From: a virus
DNA length: 64,000 nt
Strand: one strand, 5' to 3'
Virus record (IMG/VR): IMGVR_UViG_3300010367_000378
Location: 21,636-85,635 of that record
Position numbers and translations under genes: made by a program. Below, one piece after another: positions 8,780-16,912 of the stretch (position 1 is the stretch's first letter; each line of letters begins with the position of its first letter). The notes beneath the pieces were generated by a model. That model worked only from the letters and a program-made list of their open reading frames with translations. It was not told the origin of the DNA and did no database searches.

Positions 8780-10545
8780 AGAGCCGGGATCTGAAGGTTT
8801 CTGAAGACCTCTCATTGCCTATGGAGGCGGTGACGGAGACGTTCGCGCTCCTCGCTGTCAAGGGGGCAGGCAAGACCAATGCTGGACGCGTCATGGCGGA
8901 GGAGATGTTCGCCGCCGGCGCGCCATTCGTCGTCATCGACCCGGTGGGCTCCTGGTGGGGCCTCCGCGCCGGCCGCGAGCCCGGTGACCCGGGGCTCCCC
9001 ATCCCGATCTTTGGCGGCCGTCACGGAGATGTTCCCCTGGAGCGCGGCGGAGGGACCGTCATCGCGGACCTGGTCGTAGACCAGAGGGTCTCCTGCGTCA
9101 TCGACCTCTCCGACTTCGAGAACGAGGCGCCCAAGAAACAGTTCCTCCTCGATTTTTCCCGGCGCCTCTACCACCGCAACACCGAGCCGCTTCACCTCTT
9201 CCTCGAAGAGGCCGACGACTACGTGCCCCAGACGATGCGGGGGGCGACTTCCGAGAAGGGGGTCGAGCCTCAGCTCCTGCGCGCGATGGAGAACATCGTT
9301 CGCCGCGGCCGGGCCCGCGGGTTGGGAATCACGATGATCACCCAGCGCAGCGCCTCGATCAACAAGAGCGTCCTGACCCAGGCGGGAACCCTGATCGCCA
9401 TGCAGGCGACGTCTCCCCAGGACCGGAAGGCGATTGAAGACTGGGTCAAGTATCACGGCGAGAAGGAAGAGATTCTGGCCTCCCTCTCCTCGCTCAACAA
9501 GGGAGAGGCATGGATCTGGTCCCCCCTCTTCCTCGGTAAGACGGTCCGCATCAGGTTCCGCCTCTCGCATACCTTCGATTCGGGCCAGACCCCTCGCCTG
9601 CGCAAGAGCGCCGCGACTCAGCGGGCGGCGACCCTGGCGGACGTCAACCTGGAGCAGATCCGCTCCAAGATGGCAGAGACGATCGAGAAGGCGAAGGCCG
9701 ATGACCCCAAGGAGCTCCGGGCCCGCATCAGGGAGCTGGAGGCGCAGGCCTCCCGGGACCGGCGCCGAATCGAGACGCTGGAGCGGCAGCTCGAGGCGGT
9801 GCCGAAGAAGCAGCCCGGCCGGCCGGCGGGGCCGCTCCACCCCGGCACCATCCACGACCTGGAGATGCGAGGCCGAGCGATGCAGAACCTCGGCCGGGAG
9901 CTCGAGGAGAGGGGCAAGGATCTCGAAGGCCTGGCTGGCCGCCTCCGGAAGGAAACCGCGTCGGCTGAAGGTACGCCCCCTGCTGCTGCGCCCGCCTCAG
10001 CGCCCGCTGCGCCATCTCCACGGCCGGCTCCTCCTCCACCTCGATCCTCACCCCCGCTGCTCCCCCGCGGGGACGGCGCCAAGCTCGGCAAGTGCGAGAT
10101 CGCGGTCCTCGGCGTGCTCGCCCAGAATCCGGACGGCGCCGACAAGGGGAAGCTCTCGCTCCTCGCCGGCTACCGCTACAGCGGGGGGTTCCGCAACTCC
10201 CTGAGCTCCCTCCGCTCGAGCGGCCTGATCGTCGGCGGCAACGAGGAGGTGATGAAGATCACCGACGCGGGGCTGGCCGCGGCCGACGGGCTCTACGACG
10301 AGCTGCCGCGTGGCGAGGAGCTGGTGGCCTACTGGCTCAACCACCCCTCCCTGGGCAAAGCGGAGCGCGCCGTTCTGCGGACGCTGATCGACCGCGGCCC
10401 GATGAACGGCCAGGACCTCGCGGCTGCCACCGGCTATGGGTACAGCGGGGGGTTCCGCAACGCGCTGTCTGCGCTTCGGACCGCCGGGCTGCTGCTGGGG
10501 AAGAACACGGAGACGATGTCCGTCAACCCGGACCTTCTAGCCTAG
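8776..10545 (+). CDS. HerA/FtsK-superfamily (DUF87/DUF853-like) ATPase with coiled coil and two C-terminal winged-helix repeats
   Basis: Walker A AVKGAGKT, VVIDPVG, Walker B LFLEEAD, RRGRARG..TQR motif; repeats LGKxExAVL..L...AGY.YSGGFRN.LS.LR..GL. Confidence 0.85.
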   Translation: MKSRDLKVSEDLSLPMEAVTETFALLAVKGAGKTNAGRVMAEEMFAAGAPFVVIDPVGSWWGLRAGREPGDPGLPIPIFGGRHGDVPLERGGGTVIADLVVDQRVSCVIDLSDFENEAPKKQFLLDFSRRLYHRNTEPLHLFLEEADDYVPQTMRGATSEKGVEPQLLRAMENIVRRGRARGLGITMITQRSASINKSVLTQAGTLIAMQATSPQDRKAIEDWVKYHGEKEEILASLSSLNKGEAWIWSPLFLGKTVRIRFRLSHTFDSGQTPRLRKSAATQRAATLADVNLEQIRSKMAETIEKAKADDPKELRARIRELEAQASRDRRRIETLERQLEAVPKKQPGRPAGPLHPGTIHDLEMRGRAMQNLGRELEERGKDLEGLAGRLRKETASAEGTPPAAAPASAPAAPSPRPAPPPPRSSPPLLPRGDGAKLGKCEIAVLGVLAQNPDGADKGKLSLLAGYRYSGGFRNSLSSLRSSGLIVGGNEEVMKITDAGLAAADGLYDELPRGEELVAYWLNHPSLGKAERAVLRTLIDRGPMNGQDLAAATGYGYSGGFRNALSALRTAGLLLGKNTETMSVNPDLLA

Positions 10546-10558
10546 AAAGGATTTATTC

Positions 10559-10891
10559 ATGGAACAAGAAAGGATTTCCGTTCCAAAGGAGCTGGTCGAC
10601 GGCAAGCCTGCCGAGCATTACGTGTTGCGGGTGATCGGCGACTCGATGATCGCGGAGGGCATCCTCGACGGAGACTTCGTGATCGTCCTGCGCCGGCCGG
10701 TGGCCGAGACGGGCGAGATGGTGGTGGCGCGGATCGGAGACGAGGCGACTCTGAGACGCTTCTATATCCACCACGACGGCAGGGTAAGGTTGATGTCGGC
10801 GCATCCGAAACTGGACCCCATCTATGTCGCTCCAGAGGAGCTCACCATCGACGGCATCGTGGTTGGCCTCATGCGGAGGTTGCGTCGATGA
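10559..10891 (+). CDS. LexA/UmuD-like S24 peptidase domain, stand-alone, catalytic Lys replaced by Arg
   Basis: YVLRVIGDSM...GDFVIV...VVARIGDEATLRRF aligns to the LexA C-terminal domain; no HTH. Confidence 0.85.
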   Translation: MEQERISVPKELVDGKPAEHYVLRVIGDSMIAEGILDGDFVIVLRRPVAETGEMVVARIGDEATLRRFYIHHDGRVRLMSAHPKLDPIYVAPEELTIDGIVVGLMRRLRR

Positions 10892-11172
10892 GAGAGCCCG
10901 GCCAGGACTCGATCGAGGACTACTGGCAGGTCGCGATCGACGAGCCGATCCCCGTCCCGACGCTGGGAACCGACCTCTGCGGTTGCCCGAAGAAGCCCCC
11001 TGGCTGCTGGGGGGCCTACGGCTTCCACCATCGACCAGACCCGCAGCACCCGGATTCCCTCTCCGCGGCCCAGGTCTACGAGAGGTGTCCCGCCTACAGT
11101 GCGGCTGTCGAGCGTTCCGGCGGGTACCAGAAGAAGGGCCGGGGCAGCAGCCGAAGCAAGAGGCGAAGGTGA
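10888..11172 (+). CDS. Small Cys-containing hypothetical protein
   Basis: ATGA-coupled ORF. Confidence 0.6.
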   Translation: MREPGQDSIEDYWQVAIDEPIPVPTLGTDLCGCPKKPPGCWGAYGFHHRPDPQHPDSLSAAQVYERCPAYSAAVERSGGYQKKGRGSSRSKRRR

Positions 11173-11363
11173 AGGTCCCCTGCCCGTTCTGCCGGACCGA
11201 CGTCCCTGTGCAGGGGGGGCGCCTCGCCGACCACCCCGCCATGAAGGGGAAGACCGCGTCCTGCCTCGGCTCCGGAGCACCGGTCGCCGAGATCCGGGCG
11301 CTCAACGAGGAGCACAGACAAACCCGGGAGCGGACCGACCGCATCACCGGGAGGAGGAGATAG
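11169..11363 (+). CDS. Small zinc-ribbon-like protein
   Basis: GTG start, CPFC...H...SC motif. Confidence 0.6.
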   Translation: MKVPCPFCRTDVPVQGGRLADHPAMKGKTASCLGSGAPVAEIRALNEEHRQTRERTDRITGRRR

Positions 11364-11365
11364 CG

Positions 11366-11569
11366 ATGGAGAGACATCCAGATCCTGAAGTGCAGGCGGC
11401 CATCACCCGTCTGCTCGATGCGCTCTGTACCTGGGAACGCAGCACCGGTCGTGGGTCCGTACTGATCCTCCGGGAAGCGGGAGGCTTCGAGGTCCGCGCC
11501 CAGGACGGCAAGCCGCTCTCGATCGACGTGCCGGACGACGTGCTGCTGGGGAGCGTGGGCCATGGGTGA
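11366..11569 (+). CDS. Hypothetical protein
   Basis: RBS GGAGGAGGA before ATG 11366. Confidence 0.65.
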   Translation: MERHPDPEVQAAITRLLDALCTWERSTGRGSVLILREAGGFEVRAQDGKPLSIDVPDDVLLGSVGHG

Positions 11570-12650
11570 GAAATCGGGGATCGGTTGGACCGACGCAACG
11601 TTCAACCCCTGGTGGGGATGCTGGCCGGTGAGCCCCGGCTGCGCCCTCTGCTACGCCGCCCGGGAGGCCGAGCGCTACGGCTGGACCGAGGGAGGCGGAT
11701 CAGGGCCGGACCTCTGGCAGAAGCAGGGACCCCGCCGGGTCTTCGGCGAGGCACATTGGAGCGGGAAGAACAGCCCGCGCCGGTGGGCGACGACGTTGCC
11801 GGCCGAACTCGGCCGCCGGCCCCGCGTCTTCACTGCCAGCATGGCAGACATCGGGGAGGATCACCCGATCGCCGAGCAGGAGCGGCCGAAGCTCTGGGCG
11901 CTGATCGAAGACACCCCCCAGCTCGACTGGCTGCTCCTGACGAAACGGGTTGAGACCGCTCGCCAGTGGCTCCCGGCCCGCTGGCTGGAGCCCGGCGGGT
12001 GGCCGGCGCATGCCTGGTTCCTCTTCAGCGCCGAGGATCAGCAGCGCTTCGACGAGCGCCTCCCCTATATCCTGGACATCCCCGCCCCGGTTCTGGGGTG
12101 CTCCTACGAGCCCTCCCTGGGAGGGATCGACTTTCGGGCCGGCCTGTCGATCGCCTGGCAGTGCTCTTTCTGCCGGCGCTACTTCCCGGGCCCCTACCAG
12201 AAGACCTGTCCCGCCTGCTCGCGCGAGTACGGCTGGAGCGGGTCCCACCGCTTCAACCCGCCCCGCGGCCAGCGCGGCCCGGGGTTGAACTGGATCATCG
12301 CCGGCGGGGAGAGCAGCCGGCCCCGCGATCGCGCTCGAGCGCCGCATCCCTCCTGGTTTAGATCGGCCCGCGACCAGGCGGTGGCGGCCGGCGTCGCATT
12401 CTTCTTCAAGCAATGGGGGGAGTTTGCCCCGCTGAACGAAGGGGCGACGGGGAGCTTCGGCGACGTATGGGTCTGCGACAACGGCAACGGCCAAGCGGTC
12501 CACCGGCAGAAGTGGGAGCCGGGAAGCCAGGGCGCGGAGCCCGGCAGGTGGGGCGCCGGCGACGTGTTGATGCGGCCGGTGGGGAAGCAGGCCGCCGGCG
12601 AGCACCTGGATGGCAAGCTCTGGCACCAGTTCCCGGGCGGTGCGCCGTGA
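11562..12650 (+). CDS. Phage Gp37/Gp68 (DUF5131) family protein with inserted Cys-rich ribbon
   Basis: IGWTDATFNPWWGCWPVSPGCALCYA, VFTASMAD, WLLLTKR, WIIAGGES, FFFKQWG; insert CSFC..CPAC. Confidence 0.92.
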   Translation: MGEKSGIGWTDATFNPWWGCWPVSPGCALCYAAREAERYGWTEGGGSGPDLWQKQGPRRVFGEAHWSGKNSPRRWATTLPAELGRRPRVFTASMADIGEDHPIAEQERPKLWALIEDTPQLDWLLLTKRVETARQWLPARWLEPGGWPAHAWFLFSAEDQQRFDERLPYILDIPAPVLGCSYEPSLGGIDFRAGLSIAWQCSFCRRYFPGPYQKTCPACSREYGWSGSHRFNPPRGQRGPGLNWIIAGGESSRPRDRARAPHPSWFRSARDQAVAAGVAFFFKQWGEFAPLNEGATGSFGDVWVCDNGNGQAVHRQKWEPGSQGAEPGRWGAGDVLMRPVGKQAAGEHLDGKLWHQFPGGAP

Positions 12651-12730
12651 CGTGGCCCGAGGCGGCGGTCCGGATCGTCCTGGTGATCGCGGTCGCCTAC
12701 ATCTTCACCCGCCCAGAGGAAGAGCCGTGA
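12647..12730 (+). CDS. 27-aa membrane peptide
   Basis: GTGA-coupled on both sides; MTWPEAAVRIVLVIAVAYIFTRPEEEP. Confidence 0.45.
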   Translation: MTWPEAAVRIVLVIAVAYIFTRPEEEP

Positions 12731-13428
12731 GCGCTTGCGGTCGCGAGGTCCCGATGCTCTTTTCGGCGCCGATGATCCGGGCGCTCCAGCGCCGTTGGAA
12801 GCTTCAAACCCGTCGGCTGGTGAAGGACGGCGGGCTTCCCTTCGTTCGGCTGGACGGCACCGGCAAGACCTGTTTCACCCCTGCCGGCAAACTCAGCATC
12901 CGTGGATGGACGGCTGCGGGAGAGTATGGGGAGAGCTTCCGCCGGCCGCCGTGCTGGGCCGGGGACACGCTCTGGGCGCGGGAAACGTGGGGAGCCCCTT
13001 TCGCTGATCACCCTCTATGCCCGGGAGGGCGGAAGCCAGCGCAGGGAGACCGGATCGTCTACCGGGCAGAACCAGGGGACGAGTACCAATGGACCGGCAC
13101 CAGCGGTTTTGCGTGGCGGCCGTCGATCTTCATGCCCAAGTGGGCGTGCCGCTTCCGGCTCCCGGTGACGCAGGTCCGCGCGGAGTTGCTGCTCGACATC
13201 ACCAACGAGGACGCCATGGCCGAAGGCATCCCCCAGACCGCCGGCGAAGCGCAGGAGTTGGGGTTGATCGACCTGGATCGCACCCCCGGCCATGAGTGGG
13301 ACAACCGGACCTCGCGGGAGAACTACCTGCGTCTCTGGGACACCATCAATCCGAAATATCCAGCGGCTTCCAACCCCGCGGTCTGGCGCCTGGAGTTCCG
13401 CTACTTCAACCCCGAGGAGAGACCATGA
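12727..13428 (+). CDS. ASCH/PUA-like phage protein
   Basis: MLFSAPMIRAL..KLQTRR, LWARETW, WRPSIFMPKWACR..L.DITNEDAMAEGI motifs. Confidence 0.75.
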   Translation: MSACGREVPMLFSAPMIRALQRRWKLQTRRLVKDGGLPFVRLDGTGKTCFTPAGKLSIRGWTAAGEYGESFRRPPCWAGDTLWARETWGAPFADHPLCPGGRKPAQGDRIVYRAEPGDEYQWTGTSGFAWRPSIFMPKWACRFRLPVTQVRAELLLDITNEDAMAEGIPQTAGEAQELGLIDLDRTPGHEWDNRTSRENYLRLWDTINPKYPAASNPAVWRLEFRYFNPEERP

Positions 13429-13745
13429 AGGACGTCGACGAAGTGGAGGTCGAGATCTGCCGCGCCGAGCTGGAGGAGGCCTCAGCCGCCTTCACCGCCG
13501 CGCAGCGACGTTTCACAGCAGCCCGGACCGCGCTCGCCGATGCGGCCTCGCCCTGGGCCCCGGGGGACTATGTGCGCCACCCCGAAGGCACCAGCTACCG
13601 CGTCGACGACGTGATCTTCGCCCCCGGTGACGAGCTCTACATGCTCCGTGTGGAGGATGAGACCGGCAGCGTCTTCACCCTGAAGAGCTCCACGGTCCTG
13701 GTGCCGGCGAACCCCTGGCCAGCGCCGGCGGAGGCCAGTCGATGA
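13425..13745 (+). CDS. Hypothetical protein
   Basis: RBS GAGGAGA before ATG 13425. Confidence 0.65.
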   Translation: MKDVDEVEVEICRAELEEASAAFTAAQRRFTAARTALADAASPWAPGDYVRHPEGTSYRVDDVIFAPGDELYMLRVEDETGSVFTLKSSTVLVPANPWPAPAEASR

Positions 13746-14230
13746 AGGCGGTGGCGATTCGTTCCGGGGTAGAAGATCCGGATGTCGACACCTCCAGCGA
13801 TCTCAAGATAGAGCCCGGTCCCGATCTCTTCCCCATCCGATCGGCAACCATCTCGTCGAACCGAGGCGGCTGGGTCCTGGGGCACGCCGAGATCTATTTC
13901 GAGCGGGTCGAGGTCCGGGCCCGGTGCCATTTCAACTCCGAGCTCCCGGCTCTCGACGAGCTCGTCGCGCGTGGCGGCCGCTCGGTCAAGAAGACCGGAG
14001 GCGGGGTCTTCGTCGCTCTCGTAAAAATCCTCCCCGGCTTCGTCTCGGTATCGATCGATGACCAGGAGCTGCCGATCATCTCGGTCACGGTCGAGATCAA
14101 ACCGGACGCGCCTGTCGAGGCGAACGTCGTCTTCCCAGATGCCCGCGAGCCTGGCGCATGGACTCCCAGCCTCTGCCGCCGCCTGCTCGAAGCCTGCGGG
14201 TGGGAGTTCTCCCCGGTGGGGGCTGTATGA
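13742..14230 (+). CDS. Hypothetical protein
   Basis: ATGA-coupled ORF. Confidence 0.6.
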   Translation: MKAVAIRSGVEDPDVDTSSDLKIEPGPDLFPIRSATISSNRGGWVLGHAEIYFERVEVRARCHFNSELPALDELVARGGRSVKKTGGGVFVALVKILPGFVSVSIDDQELPIISVTVEIKPDAPVEANVVFPDAREPGAWTPSLCRRLLEACGWEFSPVGAV

Positions 14231-15459
14231 ACTGGTCCGCCCTCTTCAGCAACCAGTTCTTCTCCGGCGGCATCGCCCTGGGCGCGATCGCCGCGCTCGT
14301 AGCGTTCGGCCGCCGCTACGTGGTGCTGCTCGCCGACGTCGTGCGCCGGCGCTTCGTGTCCGAGATCGAGGTCCGCGACGGCGACATGGTGGTGTGGCTC
14401 GGGCTCTGGCTCGCCCACACCCCCTATGGCATCGCCTGCAAGCGGCTCTCGACATATGTCCTCCACCAGGAGGGCGAGGGCGTGCCGCTCCTCTACTTCG
14501 AGCCGGGGATCGGCCCCCACGTCTTCCGGCACGAGGGGACCTTGCTGGTGATCGATCGCCGGCGAGATGAGCCCTCACCTGGTGCGTCGGTCTATCCGCG
14601 CGAGTGGTATGTCTTCCGGGCTTTCGCCCCCCGCGAGCGGGCCGCCGAGCTCCTGGACCAGGCGAAGGTCTTCTCCCGCGAGTTGCTCTCCCGGCGCCAC
14701 ACCGCCTTCCTCTCCGATGGCCGAGGCGGATGGGATCGGATCGGCGTCGGCGTTCCCCGCGAACTCTCCTCGGTAGTGCTCCCGGGCGAGACCATTGGGG
14801 AAATCGTGAAGCGCGTCCGTCTCTTCCAGGATCGGCGCGCCTGGTACGCCGAGCGCGGCATCCCCTGGCGGCTCGGGTTCGGCTTCTTCGGCCCGCCGCG
14901 CACCGGCAAGACCTCCCTCGTCCGCGCGATCGCCCACGACCTGAGCCTGCCGCTCTACGTCCTCGACCTCACCAGCAAGGAGTTCAGCGACAAGGACCTG
15001 ATCCTCACCCTTTCCAGGGTGCCGATCGGAGCCGTGCTCCTGATCGAGGACATCGACGAGCAGCTCGGCTCGAAGTCCTCCTTCGTCACCCTTTCGGGGA
15101 TGCTCAACGCGCTCGACGGACCGCTCGCCTCCGAGGGCCGGATCTTGTTCGTCACCTCGAACACCCCCGAGCGCTTGGATGCCGCGCTCCTGGGCGAGGG
15201 CCGGCTCGACGTCCACATCCACTTCGGGCTCGCCACCCGCGAGCAGGCCGGGCAGATGTTCCTCCGCTTCTTCCCCGGCCTCGAGAAGGAGGTTCAGGCC
15301 TTCGCCGCCGCCCTGCCGGAGGGAGTGATCCCTCCCGCAGCGATCCAGGAGCACCTGGCGGTCCGCTCGGACGATCCCGTCCGGGCGATCGCGGAGGCCT
15401 CGGCTCTCGCCGGCCGGACGTTCAAGGCGGTGGCCCGCGGGGAGGTGGCTGCTGCGTAG
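14227..15459 (+). CDS. Bcs1-like membrane-anchored AAA+ ATPase
   Basis: NQFFSGGIALG TM segment, WYAERGIPWRLGFGFFGPPRTGKT, LLIEDID, TLSGMLNALDG, TSNTPERLDAAL..GRLD. Confidence 0.85.
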   Translation: MNWSALFSNQFFSGGIALGAIAALVAFGRRYVVLLADVVRRRFVSEIEVRDGDMVVWLGLWLAHTPYGIACKRLSTYVLHQEGEGVPLLYFEPGIGPHVFRHEGTLLVIDRRRDEPSPGASVYPREWYVFRAFAPRERAAELLDQAKVFSRELLSRRHTAFLSDGRGGWDRIGVGVPRELSSVVLPGETIGEIVKRVRLFQDRRAWYAERGIPWRLGFGFFGPPRTGKTSLVRAIAHDLSLPLYVLDLTSKEFSDKDLILTLSRVPIGAVLLIEDIDEQLGSKSSFVTLSGMLNALDGPLASEGRILFVTSNTPERLDAALLGEGRLDVHIHFGLATREQAGQMFLRFFPGLEKEVQAFAAALPEGVIPPAAIQEHLAVRSDDPVRAIAEASALAGRTFKAVARGEVAAA

Positions 15460-15483
15460 GAACTTCCCGGTCCGGCTGGGGTG

Positions 15484-15512
15484 TTGACATACTCTATACG
15501 ATCGTATAGAGT
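15484..15512 (+). promoter_or_regulatory. Sigma70-type promoter overlapped by a perfect 22-bp palindrome
   Basis: TTGACA-N17-TAGAGT; ACTCTATACGATCGTATAGAGT (15491-15512) is self-complementary. Confidence 0.8.
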
Positions 15513-15561
15513 TGCCTTGTTCCGGTCGAACCGGGCCCTCGGGCCCAGAAAGGCAACGACG

Positions 15562-15942
15562 ATGAACACTCCCTCGATTAGCAGCCGCATCCTCCTCGCC
15601 CTTCTCCTGCTTTTCCCCCTGGCCGCGCCCGCGGCGGCCGAGGAGGACGCCTACTTCTCGATGGCGTTCCCGGACCTGGTGACGGCGCCGGCGAACGCCC
15701 ACATCCACACCCACCTCTGCGTGACCGGGTTCGTCCAGAAGACCCGGAAGGAGAAGGACGGCGACATCCACGTCCAGCTTTGCCAGGGAAGCCTCTGCAT
15801 GGTGCTGGAGATCATGCCGGAGCTGCCGGTGGCCCGCCCCCGGAAGGGCCAGAAGATCCAGGCCTGCGGGGTTGTCCGGTATGACGGCTGGCATTCCTGG
15901 TGGGAACTCCACCCGCTGGTCCGGTGGGAGGTGGCCCGGTGA
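15562..15942 (+). CDS. Secreted small protein, probable OB-like beta fold
   Basis: Signal peptide (R-ILLALLLLFPL-AAPAAA), EKDGDIHVQL...EIMP...WELHP; 4 Cys in the mature part. Confidence 0.75.
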   Translation: MNTPSISSRILLALLLLFPLAAPAAAEEDAYFSMAFPDLVTAPANAHIHTHLCVTGFVQKTRKEKDGDIHVQLCQGSLCMVLEIMPELPVARPRKGQKIQACGVVRYDGWHSWWELHPLVRWEVAR

Positions 15943-16097
15943 CGGGGCGGGAGCTGGCGATCACCGAGCTCCACGTCGACGAGCTCGCCCGGCGCCGGCG
16001 AGAGCTACTGGCGCTCCCCTCGCCGCTCGGCCTGGAGGACCGGCTGGCCCTGGAGGCTATCGACGAGGAGCTGGAGCTGCGCGGGGAAGAATCATGA
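15939..16097 (+). CDS. Small hypothetical protein
   Basis: GTGA/ATGA coupling on both sides. Confidence 0.6.
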   Translation: MTGRELAITELHVDELARRRRELLALPSPLGLEDRLALEAIDEELELRGEES

Positions 16098-16912
16098 TCT
16101 CCTGCCCGGAGCAGGCTGCAGCGTGCATCGCCGAGGGCGCCCTCTTCGTCGCCAACCATTCCGGTGGGAAGGACTCGCAGGCGATGCTGATCCGCCTCCT
16201 CGAGGTGGTGCCGCGCGAGCAGCTCCTCGTCGTCCACGCCTCGCTCGGTGAGATGGAGTGGCCCGGCGCGCTCGAGCACGCGCAGCAGCAGGCCACAGCG
16301 GCCGGGCTCCCCTTCCTCGTGGCCCGGGCCGGGCTCTCTCTCTTGGAGCTCGTAGAGCGCCGCTACAGCCGGCGGCCGGAGGTGCCAGCGTGGCCCTCCG
16401 CCTCGAACCGCCAATGCACCTCGGACCTCAAGCGGGACCCCATCATGCGCGAGGTCCGCCGCTACGCGAGGCAGGCCGGAGCGGAGACGGTGGTCACCTG
16501 CATGGGGATGCGCGCGGCCGAGAGCCCGCGGCGGTCCCGGATGGCCACCTGGTCGGTGAACAGCCGCGGCACGACGTCGCGACATCGCTGGTTCGACTGG
16601 CTGCCGATCCACGACCTCTCCACCGAGGAGGTCTTCGCCACGATTCGCGGCGCCGGCCAGGAGCCGCACCCCGCCTACGCTTCGGGGAACGAACGCCTCT
16701 CCTGCATCTTCTGCATCCTCGGCTCTCGCCAGGACGCCAGGAACGGCGCCATCCACCACCCCGACCTCTACGCCCGCTACGTCGCGCTCGAGGAGCGCAC
16801 CGGCTACACCGCCCACCAGTCCCGCGAGTCGCTGGTCCAGTTGACCGGGCTCACGGTAGAGGACGCATACCGATCTCACGAATCTCTTTCTGAGGAGGAT
16901 TCCCGTGCCTGA
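16094..16912 (+). CDS. PAPS-reductase-family (PP-loop) protein
   Basis: ANHSGGKDS PP-loop, CTSDLKR, MGMRAAESPRR, RLSCIFCI. Confidence 0.9.
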   Translation: MISCPEQAAACIAEGALFVANHSGGKDSQAMLIRLLEVVPREQLLVVHASLGEMEWPGALEHAQQQATAAGLPFLVARAGLSLLELVERRYSRRPEVPAWPSASNRQCTSDLKRDPIMREVRRYARQAGAETVVTCMGMRAAESPRRSRMATWSVNSRGTTSRHRWFDWLPIHDLSTEEVFATIRGAGQEPHPAYASGNERLSCIFCILGSRQDARNGAIHHPDLYARYVALEERTGYTAHQSRESLVQLTGLTVEDAYRSHESLSEEDSRA

